Both the position numbers and the translations under genes were made by a program. DNA of 63,766 bases, the filler included, from Octopus bimaculoides (lineage: Eukaryota): the NCBI RefSeq assembly GCF_001194135.2. It is 4 parts of 3 records of this genome, joined end to end, with 100 filler letters (N's around TTAATTAATTAA, not from the genome) between each part and the next. Parts side by side here need not be neighbours in the genome. Positions count along the whole stretch, not along the records: positions 10,476 to 41,139 come from NC_069002.1; positions 41,240 to 62,087 come from NC_069002.1; 2 more parts are not named here. One strand, written 5' to 3'. The notes beneath the pieces were generated by a model, which was not told where the DNA came from, did not search any database, and worked only from the letters and a program-made list of their open reading frames with translations. Shown in pieces: positions 36,184 to 47,293 of the stretch. Positions within the stretch are counted from its first letter, which is position 1. Every line of letters begins with the position of its first letter.

Positions 36184-37400
36184 TACAGGGTGCTGTGAAT
36201 AAACTGTTGTCTAAATTACACAAAAACGAAAATAACACTGACATCTCATTTTAACAAATATATTTATCTAAATTACCTAAAAATATCTTGAAATACTAAA
36301 GAATAGATTTATTCAATAAAATCGCCATTGGCTTCAACCACAGCCTCCTGACGACTTCAGAATCTCCTGCAACTCTTCTGGACGGTCTCTTTGTTTAAAT
36401 TGGTGAATGCTGCCATAATTATTACCTTCAGTTCATCTTTGGTGTTACGAGGAGATTTGTTGGTCTCTCGCTCAACTCTGCCCCACACATAATAATCAAG
36501 GGGGTTACAGTTTGGGGAGTTAGGTGGCCAGATGTTAGGGGTGATGTGGTCGCAGAAATTGTCTGACAGCCATTACTGGATTCTCCTGCTTGTGTTGCAT
36601 GATGCAGAGTCCTGTTGCCAGACATAGGGTCTTCCAGTAACCGCTCACTTGACCCAAGGCAGTACTACCTCCTCCAGGCCCCCATCTTGAGTGTGAAGCT
36701 GTGTGGGAAGATAAATGGAGTCATAACATCGCCATCACTAGTAATCACTCCAAACACCATAATGTTGACTGGATGTTTGATTTTTATCACTCCTGGTACA
36801 TGTTTTGGGGATACTGTAAACCAACAGTTGTTCTGTATGTTCACCACCTGAGCCTGGCAAAAATATTTCTTGTCTGAGAAAAAAAACCAAAGCATGTTTG
36901 GTTGGAGGAGATGCCTGAGTTTGTTCAAAAGCTTCGTAGTGCTGTCTTTCCTCTTGTCCTTGATGGTTTGGGGTAAAAATTGACCCTTTCTCATCTTGTA
37001 TAAGGAACACCAAATGTCTTCATGCACAACCTGCCTGATAAGAAACTCAGACACTGCCATGTCCCTGGCAATGGACCTGATTGACTTGGAGGGATCGTTG
37101 TCAATCGTGGCCTGGATCTCACCAACAAATTCAGGAGTTCTTTTCTTATCAGAACAATCAGAGTGAGTTTTCCGAGCTGCCCTACTTTCGTAATCACCAT
37201 TAGACTTCCAAATCCTCTGCACTGTCCTCATATTGACACTCAAACACTCTGAAATGTTTGTATTGGATCTTCTGGCATGAATGCCAAGCAGTACAGCATG
37301 TCTTTTCAAAATTTCTGGCAGGGTGAATTGCGACATGGTGCTGTATTTCTTACATATGGTGCCCAACTGACCCTACTATACTGTGTAGTTGACAAAATTT
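36184..37400 (-). mobile_element. DD37D (maT) Tc1/mariner-superfamily transposon, non-functional
   Basis: TA|CAGGGTG terminus; HTH-like N-terminus in ORF 36665..37366; catalytic SDKKYF, WQQD, then 37 residues (one a stop) before D in WPPNSPNCNPLDYYVW. Confidence 0.88.
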
Positions 37401-37444
37401 AAAACGAACAATGTATATACGTGAAATTATCTGTTTATATACAA

Positions 37445-37600
37445 AGAGCTTCTTTCAATTTCCATCAACCAAATCCACTCACAAGGTTTTCTGCGGGCCG
37501 AGGCTATAGTAAAAGACACTTGTCCAAGACACCACCCAGTGGGACTGAACTCAGGACTACGTGGTTGGGAAGCAAGCTTCTTACCACACAGCCACGCCTG
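37445..37600 (-). mobile_element. SINE head (24118 family)
   Basis: Reverse complement of 24118-24278; another copy at 47905-48025. Confidence 0.8.
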
Positions 37601-38124
37601 CAGCTATAGAATATAAGGAATATAAAAGACTATAAGAAAATCTGAACTCTGATTCTACTAGATTTAAGTGATTAAGCAAAACTTGATGGTTTCAAGTTCT
37701 GACCGAGATCCATTTTTACTTGAAGGGTGTCAAGAGGAATAATCAGACTGGAAATTGAAACCAAGTTTCTACTTAAAGAAATCTTATGACTAATGTTTAC
37801 ATTCATAACAAGGTTAATATCGCATGCTGTGAGGTATTACGTGGCTTTAAACTTGGTGGCTTCCTGCCAAAGACTGCATGTGATAGACTGTGCATAAGGT
37901 GCAGACATACATACCTACATACATACATACACTCACACACATACATACACACACATACATACGTACATACATACGTACGTACATACATACATAAACATAC
38001 ATACGTATGCACATACATACCTGCATACATGTATACATACATACATATATATAATGTGTGTATGTGTATGTATATGTATATATATATGTGTATATATATA
38101 AGCAATGTTAATTCTCTAAATGAA

Positions 38125-38167
<43 letters not shown>

Positions 38168-38627
38168 TATATATTGGGTCANNNNNNNNNNNNNNNNNNN
38201 NNNNNNNNNNNNNNNNNNNNNNNNNNNNNNNNNNNNNNNNNNNNNNNNNNNNNNNNNNNNNNNNNNNNNNNNNNNNNNNNNNNNNNNNNNNNNNNNNNNN
38301 NNNNNNNNNNNNNNNNNNNNNNNNNNNNNNNNNNNNNNNNNNNNNNNNNNNNNNNNNNNNNNNNNNNNNNNNNNNNNNNNNNNNNNNNNNNNNNNNNNNN
38401 NNNNNNNNNNNNNNNNNNNNNNNNNNNNNNNNNNNNNNNNNNATGCAGTTTTTTTATACTTCTTTTATTTTTCAAAATTAAGATAAATAAAGTTCTTTTT
38501 TAGTCTAAAATATACTCTCCTTCATTTTCTACAAGGCCCTTCCATCAATCTGGTAGACTTGCAAGGCCCTTCTTCCAAAAGTCACTTGTCAGTGATAAAA
38601 AAATACTCCTCCAGTACTGCTTTAACC

Positions 38628-39050
38628 TTATCATCATCATCATCGTTTAACGTCCGCTTTCCTTGCTGGCATGGGTTGGACGGTTTGACCACGGCTGGCC
38701 AGCTGGAAGGCTGCACCAGACTCCAAACTGATTCAGCATGGTTTCTACAGCTCGATGCCCTTCTTAATGCCAACCACTCAGAGAGTGTAGTGGGTGCTTT
38801 TATGTCCCACTAGTATGGGTGCCAATCTGTGTGATGCCGGTATCTGCCATGACTGTGATTTTACTCAGCTTGATGGGTCTTCTTCTCAAGCACAACATAA
38901 TGCCAAAAGTCTTGGTCTCAGGAGCTCGGTCTCAATCCTTGCCTCCATGAGGCTCACTGCTCAAAAGGTGCTTTTCTGTGCCACCGGCACGTGTGATACC
39001 GGTATCTCCTACGACTACAATTTTGCTTGGCTTCTTCTCAAGCACATCTA
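38628..39050 (-). mobile_element. RTE-type 3' region with internal direct repeat
   Basis: (CAT)n + GTTTAACGTCCGCTTTCC...; GTGATRCCGGTATCT...CTTCTTCTCAAGCAC occurs twice. Confidence 0.7.
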
Positions 39051-39195
39051 CAGAATTCATGTTTTCTGTTCAAATGATTTTGATGACAGCAGAATAAATG
39101 ATAATCAGACAGGTCAATGTCTGGTGAATATGGTGGATGGAACATTGTTCCCCATTAAAAACTGCTCCAGCCTTTGAAATGTCATCCTTGCTGTA

Positions 39196-39933
39196 TGTTC
39201 CACCTTCACATGAGAGCATGTATCCCTGCCTCGTAAAATTCTGTTGACTGTTCTTTGAGCCACTTCTTCACTACAGTTTTCACTTCCTCGTCACTGGAAT
39301 AATGTTTGCCTCTCAAACCCTCTTTCATGGGGCCGAAGAGATGATAGTCTGAAGGCGCTAAATTATTCCAGTGACGAGGAAGTTAAAACTGTAGTGAAGA
39401 AGTGGCTCAAAGAACAGTCAACAGAATTTTACAGGGCAGGGATAAATGCTCTCATTCGAAGGTGGAACATTGCTATTGAAAGAAACGGTGACTATATTGA
39501 GAAGTAGGGATGTGATCCACAGAGGACCAGCTTCATTTTGATGTATGATACATGTTCCTGTGTTGGTAATTATACCTGTCCTAAACAAAATGGNNNNNNN
39601 NNNCGTCACTGGAATAATGTTTGCCTCTCAAACCCTCTTTCATGGGGCCGAAGAGATGATAGTCTGAAGGCGCTAAATTATTCCAGTGACGAGGAAGTTA
39701 AAACTGTAGTGAAGAAGTGGCTCAAAGAACAGTCAACAGAATTTTACAGGGCAGGGATAAATGCTCTCATTCGAAGGTGGAACATTGCTATTGAAAGAAA
39801 CGGTGACTATATTGAGAAGTAGGGATGTGATCCACAGAGGACCAGCTTCATTTTGATGTATGATACATGTTCCTGTGTTGGTAATTATACCTGTCCTAAA
39901 CAAAATGGCATTACTTTTTGACTCACCCTTGTA
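39196..39933 (+). mobile_element. mariner 3' end with foldback inversion and a probable assembly duplication
   Basis: YSSDEEVKTVVKKWL...RWNIAIERNGDYIEK; minus arm LAPSDYHLFGPMKEGLRGKHY; terminus TTACTTTTTGACTCACCCTTG|TA; 39604-39908 repeats 39289-39593 across a 10-N gap. Confidence 0.88.
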
Positions 39934-40206
39934 TATATATATGTGTGTGTATGTGTATGTGTGTGTGCATGTGCATGTGTGTGTCTAGGCGTATCTATCT
40001 ATATTTAGATAAATGTTTACATGCATATGTTTGTGTGCATGTGTGTCTGTTTTGATGTTTACATCCTGTGCACTTCACATGAAATTCCACTGAGTTACAA
40101 GCAATAAAGTTTACTGCCATTTCTTTATCAATAAACCATCTGCTTCACGTGTTTCGAGATGTGCCAAATAAGAGAACCACTAGCACTGGTATGTTCCCAC
40201 CTGTTG

Positions 40207-40450
40207 GCACTGAAGTTGCTAAGTCCTAGGTGTCCCTGACAAACTAACACCAACAATCTCCGGATGCATCCAGTAAGTTTCCACCACCTTCACAGCTTCC
40301 TAGGGTTCACCATTTTCTGCTGCACTTTGCACTGAAGTTGCTAAGTCCTAGGTGTCCCTGACAAACTAACACCAACAATCTCTGGATGCATCCAGTAAGT
40401 TTCCACCTCCTTCACAGCTTCCTAGGGTTCACCATTTTCTGCTGCACTTT
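40207..40450. repeat. Tandem duplication, 2 x 122 bp
   Basis: Units start GCACTGAAGTTGCTAAG at 40207 and 40329. Confidence 0.95.
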
Positions 40451-41183
40451 ATGGTGTTGCTGGCATCTCTGGCATTTTTATCCTCAAACAAAAACAACGG
40501 GCTGATTGCTCTCACCTAGGTGGTTTTTACTTACACACACACATACATGTATATATATGTATAGAACATATATATGTATAAATAGATAGATACATGCATA
40601 CATACATATATATGTAACTGTTCGAAATGGTCATGACTTCTGGTACTTGACTGAAGAAAGAAAACCATGAATGATCCGCCTTTTTTGCCTGTTCTTCTAA
40701 TTGTTATTTCTCTTGTCCGCCTTTGTGTCATCTATCTGTCTGAACGTTTTAATGCCATCTATCGCATTTTTGTTCCATTCTTATATTTATATATATATAT
40801 ATATACACACACACATATATATTCATATACATATATAGATACATGCATATATGTAGAAGGTTGAAAAGTAACACATGAGTTTATACGTATAAGGAAAATA
40901 GGACAAGATAGAAAATGCTAAAATAATTTTATCATGACGAACATTTTAGTACCGGTTTCAGTCTTTGCGATTTTTTCAACTTAGAGAAAAGCATGAAAAA
41001 CAATTAAATTGTGGAAAAATTGAATGAAAGGTTTTTTTTTTTTTTAATTTCCATAGTTTTCAAAGAGGTGAACATTTTCCTTTTTTCAGTCTCTCTTTTA
41101 CTTTTGTGAAGGCTCGGTATGTAGGTAGTGGAGAGAGTANNNNNNNNNNNNNNNNNNNNNNNNNNNNNNNNNNNNNNNNNNNN

Positions 41184-41195
41184 TTAATTAATTAA
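41184..41195. other. Artificial six-frame stop linker
   Basis: TTAATTAATTAA within an N gap. Confidence 0.9.
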
Positions 41196-41239
41196 NNNNN
41201 NNNNNNNNNNNNNNNNNNNNNNNNNNNNNNNNNNNNNNN

Positions 41240-41575
41240 GTGCACCCACCCCCACTACTAACTTGGTCGCCCAGATAGCGGAAGCTATCGACTACCTCTA
41301 GTTTTTCACCCTGGAATGAGATAGAAGTTGTTTCCTGTTTGTTTGCAGTCTTTATTGCACCTGAACATCTGCCACAAACAAAAACTGACTTGCTAGTTAA
41401 CCTGCCTTTGATGTTGCTGCACCTCTTATGTGTCCATAGCTTGCACCGGGTACATCTTATAGAGTTACTACCTACTCCTTTTCTACATACTGAGCAGGGC
41501 CATCTACCTGAAGGGGTTTGTGTTTTATCTACCTTCCTACTTATTAGGATTTTGGTTTTAGCTAGGTTGACTCTA
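41240..41575 (-). mobile_element. RTE-clade LINE fragment, open frame with a PHD-type finger between the KTK and YLG RT motifs
   Basis: LRVNLAKTKILISRKVDKTQTPSGRWPCSVCRKGVGSNSIRCTRCKLWTHKRCSNIKGRLTSKSVFVCGRCSGAIKTANKQETTSISFQGEKLEVVDSFRYLGDQVSSGGGC (not in the ORF track). Confidence 0.88.
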
Positions 41576-43897
41576 AGCTAGGTTGACTCTAAAGCTAGGT
41601 TGACTCTAAAGCTAGGTTGTATTTACATATGTGTGTGTATGTGTGTATATATATATATACACACACATATACACACACACATAACCACAGACTAAATTCT
41701 AAGCTTTAGAATTAAATTGATTAACTTCTATCAATATTTGAAAAATAGATTATTTATAAGTTCACCAGTATGGAAGAAAAATTTATGAATACTGTAATTT
41801 AAACAAAAAATTTTTGAGTTATTTTAGAATGATGTTTGGACTTTCATTGCCTAGACAATAAAGGCCTCATCTCATCTTGGACAGAGAATAAGTTATCATA
41901 ATCATCCTCATAGTTGTCGTTCTATATCCACTTCCCATACTGGCATAGGTCAGACACATTTGTCATGGATGAAACCAGTACATGCTTAGGTTAGAGGACT
42001 GTACTTTGTAATGCGTTTTAGTCTTCAGTCAGTTTCTACAACTGAATGCCCTTCCTAAACAGAAATCCTAAACTGAAATCCATAGTGTACAAAATTTTGA
42101 TTTTCAACTTACAAAGCCCTAAATTTTAAGCAAGGACAGGTCAATTACTTTGGCCCCAATTTATTACTGGCTTTTCTCTATTGACACACAAAGGACAAAA
42201 GGTAAGGTCAAGCTCAGATTTTAAGGGGATATAACTGAATATCACAATGTATTTTGTCTGCCATTCTATAATTAATAATGGTGTGATGATGAAAATTCCT
42301 ATCCATTGAGTTTCCAGTTTGCGGATAGGGGAATGGCTTGTAGATATACAAGTTACCTGCGAATACTCAATAAGAAGCCCAAGACAAAATCACAGGTTGC
42401 CCTTTGGTAAGGTGTAGTACCTGTTAGCCATCCTGCCAGGGTCATGGTGAAATCCTGAAGGCCTGAAAAATGTCACTATCATTGGAATGCAGGATGGTGG
42501 TCAGGAATGGAATGCAAAAAATAAAAAGAAATACTTTGTCTTTCTTTCCACTTTGCAGAACAAATTACACTTTTATTAATCTCGGTCTAGGAAACCCATC
42601 AGTTTGACTGGCACTGCAATCGTCTAAGGGGCCTGCAATCATAGACAAGAAATGACCAATCGAAAGACATTCTGTCTGAGTAAGCTTGAATAGATGATGA
42701 CCATTATTCTATTAACTCTAATTTTCTCGTATTTAGAAAATAGTAATGTTGCTTACAGGACTATTCTTTGTTTGATTCCTGCCAAGACTAATAAAGAATT
42801 TTGGTGAAACTTACTATTTTTTTATTCAATTTTCCCATATATTTTTAAATATCTAGAAAAAATATTTTTTTTTAGTAAAAAACAAGAAAAATTTTTAGAA
42901 TTCAGATACTAAAATTAAATTTTATTTAATATGAAAAATATTTAAATATTCGAAAGACCTAAAAATATATTAATCAAATTTGTGTGTGTGTGTGAGTGTT
43001 CAATAATTTATCTTTTTACTTCAAACAGAAAAAAGNNNNNNNNNNNNNNNNNNNNNNNNNNNNNNNNNNNNNNNNNNNNNNNNNNNNNNNNNNNNNNNNN
43101 NNNNNNNNNNNNNNNNNNNNNNNNNNNNNNNNNNNNNNNNNNNNNNNNNNNNNNNNNNNNNNNNNNNNNNNNNNNNNNNNNNNNNNNNNNNNNNNNNNNN
43201 NNNNNNNNNNNNNNNNNNNNNNNNNNNNNNNNNNNNNATATTAATTTTCAAATAGCACAAATACAGAATCATATGGAAAGCTGCATAGCACAGGCAAATT
43301 ATTAGCTCGAATTAATTCTAGTTATGATAATCTAGAGAAAGCAGAAATTGAAATTAAATTATATCAATAGCATTCTCAACACTTTGTAATAATTATTATG
43401 ATTATATTTTAAAGAAACTTTACAAAAATGGGAGGGAATTAGTTATTACAGAGCAATATTAGAAATAGGCCCCAAAATTGTAACTTTTTATAAGATATAT
43501 ATATATATATATATATATTGCAGCATTTGTATCATAGAAAATAACAACATTGTAAACTGAAAGCTTTGACCTTCATTGTGGGAGAACGATTAGGTAAAAT
43601 CTGAATAGACAGACGTCAAAGTTACTAGATTTTTAACAATGACGCAAGTTTATGTAGAAAATTTAAATTATCAATACTTGGAAAAGACTGCTGAAGAAAT
43701 AGACAGCATACATTTAATAAATAAATTCAAAAAAATATGTGAAAAGTACTGGTAGTAAAAATTCAATAGAATATAAGGTTTCATTTACAGCAATGAGAAA
43801 TAAATGCAATCGAAAAGGATGTCAGTGAGCCAAATTTTAACTTGTTTTTCCAAGATATTAACAACTTTATATATGTATGTATGTATTTGTATGTATG

Positions 43898-43946
<49 letters not shown>

Positions 43947-44036
43947 GTTTATATATATATATATATAAACATATATACACACATGTTTATATACATATAT
44001 ACACACACACACGTTTATATACATATGTTTATATAC

Positions 44037-44082
<46 letters not shown>

Positions 44083-44189
44083 ATATATAGTCATATAGTT
44101 ATGTATATAGTCACAGTTCTTTGACATATATGTATATGTTTATACACATGTTTATATATGCACGTTTGTGTATGTATATGTATGTGTAC

Positions 44190-44224
<35 letters not shown>

Positions 44225-44234
44225 NNNNNNNNNN

Positions 44235-44273
<39 letters not shown>

Positions 44274-47142
44274 AAGAACCATGACTATCATGTAACAAGT
44301 TTAACATAGAAACAAAGATTCACAGAATCCTGATTTTGTATCTACTAATTTATTACTCATTATAATAGAATTAACACTCAAGTTGACCTATTGTTAAAAA
44401 TCCAACATTATTTTTTTCTCACGAAGCCAAATAAACTCATTTTTATAACCTAATCAGTGCTGACTTTGGGAAGCTCCGTTGACTCCAATGCCAGGGTCTT
44501 TGACTTAGCTTTTACATCACTAGTTCCTTAATCTCACTAAATGACAAAAAAATTACAAATGGAAAAAATTTATTTTTTACAAAATTGTATTATTTCCGTG
44601 TTTTCTTTTAATTTGTTGCTGCTGTTATTTCACAGCTTATCGACAAGTTCATACTGACAGTATCTGGTATAATAATATTATTGTTCATTAAATGAGTTAT
44701 CGCATATCACAATTTGCTTTCATTTAGGGCTTGAATGAATTACATTAACAGAAATTAAATTTGTGTCTACAGACTCTTTCAGTGCTGGCTAGAGTTCTTT
44801 TAACTCTTACTTGACATAAGCAATGCAATGTTTATCAAATGGTCACATGAACATTATCATCATCAATTTACATCCACCAATTTCATACTTGCATGATCTC
44901 ACAATATTTTGATATTTGGAATTTAGATCGTAGAGCAAAAAAAAAAAAAAAAAATCGGACCAATTTCTGTTGCTACATATATCTTTTTAATGAGAGTAAA
45001 TCCTACTCTTCACTTTCTGGACGTTCATATTATCACCAATCACTTTACAACATGGATTAGAGGCAATTTAATGGGCCAACAGTACGAGAGAACTTGTCTG
45101 CAGCAAGAAGAAAAAATAATCTCTACCCCACATCAGTTCTTTTCAGAGTGACGGCTCTCTAAGATGGATAACTTGTGCTGTCTCTTGCAGTATCTGTTTC
45201 TTCCTTTCTGGTAAAATACATTTTTAACGATGCTCATTCAACAAGCAAACTATTTATTTTTTGCACATATATTTAGTAACATTTGATGATATATTACGTT
45301 TTTCTGCATGACAGCTGTCCATATGATGGGGAAATGTAACTAGGGTTAGAGTTTTGATGGGCTTCAAAATCAACAGCAGACAGAGAAACATGTTACACCA
45401 TCAAATTATATCTCTTTTGACATTTTCTGATAAATAGTGTTGTGCCAATGCTGAGATTTGAACTCTGAATCCTTTAGCTTTCAAGCTGGATCAGCACAAT
45501 CATCAGCTTATTTTAACAATGGTTAGACAGATTTGCAGTTTCTGATTTTGTGAGAAATTGCTTTAGCAATAAATGATTTATGTAAGCTACACAGTGGTAT
45601 CAATAGAAATGTTAGCTAAACTTTTAAACTCTGCAGATTGTGATAAACAGAAAATAGCAAACTTTCCCTAAATATATAAGGCAATGTGTATGATAGATTT
45701 TAAGCTTTAAATGCCCAAATCTGCAGTCAGTAACCTAGGACTAAATCCTGTTTTATACATTATTATACTTCTAATTACGAAAACCATAACTACAAGTGTA
45801 AATTAGTCAAGCATTTACAAGAACTGATTCAGATTTTTATTTCAGGAAGATTATGTTGCACAATAATAACATGATTAGTGCTCCAGATATGTTCCTACAA
45901 AATACAGCACGAAACAAAATGATTGATTAAAATTGAGCATAAATTATAATACGAAGCTAGATGGGCTGATTTGACAGTGATACGATATAGCTGCATATCA
46001 TAGTTATTATCAAATGACCGAAAAATCCAGACACTGCAAACACTTGGTAACTTTTGATAGCCTTACATAATAGGGTTTTACACACTCTCATTTAATCTAC
46101 AGTTAGGATAAAAACAGAAAATATATTCAATTAATTAAGATATTTTAATAAGTAGGCTTAACATTACTTGTTACAATGCATTATATCATCTGCTCATATC
46201 TTCCATTGTTTCCAAAAAATTTCTTCTTGAAGAAACTAACCTAATTGCTAATGATGTTGTCATGTTATTTTATCTTTGATGCTTCTAATCATTCATGTGA
46301 CCAAGTTTAAAGACTTCCCATCAGCTTCTGATCACCTCAATACTTGCTGTTTTACATCCAGTCTTATCCTTTTCCTTGTGGTCATAGTAATTGTGAGAAT
46401 GTACAAATATGGGTCATATATTCTTATATGTTAGCATACAATGGCTTTAACAATGAAACAGAACTGTGCTAAACCTCTAAGACAAACAGCGCCCTAGAGT
46501 GGATTAGCATCAAACAAAGCAGCACTAATTGAGGTATTACCCTGTTTTGTCAAATAGGTTTTGACATCACCGTTTTATGTTGGTTTTCGATGCTTGTAAT
46601 GAACAAACTAATCTGGTACCATCATTATTTGTCACAGTCCTTTGGCATATAGCACAAACAGCAGCACAGTTTCCCCCCCATTTAATAGTCTTTTGTTTGG
46701 GAAATTTCTGTATAAATAACATGTACTATTTTGTTCCAGAAAAATGTTTAAAATAATTATTAATGTTCTACTTCTGAGAGAAAAATACAGATCACTTTTT
46801 GAAATGGTAATTATGATATTAGTTCCCGCACTAATTATTGCAGTAGTCATTTAACCTAATTCCTCATACTTGCCAGCTATTTCAGTAATAGTTTCTTCAG
46901 AGATAATTGCACTACAAACAGTTTCACATAGAAACAATTCATACGTCTGAAGATAACCATGTATCATATATTAATAAGTATCATATATTAATGAGTGTGT
47001 GTGTGCTTATATCTTTTATCTTTTACTTGTTTCCGTCATTATACTGTGGCCATGATGGGGCACCACCTTGAAGAATTTTTAGTCAAATGAATCAAACCCA
47101 GTAGTTATGTTGCTTTCTAAAGCCTGGTACATATATATATAT

Positions 47143-47293
47143 CGGAGTGGTTGGCGTTAGAAAGGGCATCCAGCTGTAGAAACTCTGCCAAATCAGATTG
47201 GAGCCTGGTGTAGCCACCTGGTCCACCAGTCCTCAGTCAAATCGTCCAACCCGTGCTAGCATGGAAAGCGGATGTTAAATGATAATGATGATA
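47143..47293 (+). mobile_element. RTE-type 3' end fragment
   Basis: GTTGGCGTTAGAAAGGGCATCCAGCTGTAGAAAC...CCAACCCGTGCTAGCATGG + (GAT)n. Confidence 0.8.

Noticed and set aside
45100-45215. Possible short exons on either strand
   Set aside because: The minus-strand candidate hits stops in all three frames and the plus-strand one has no recognisable product.
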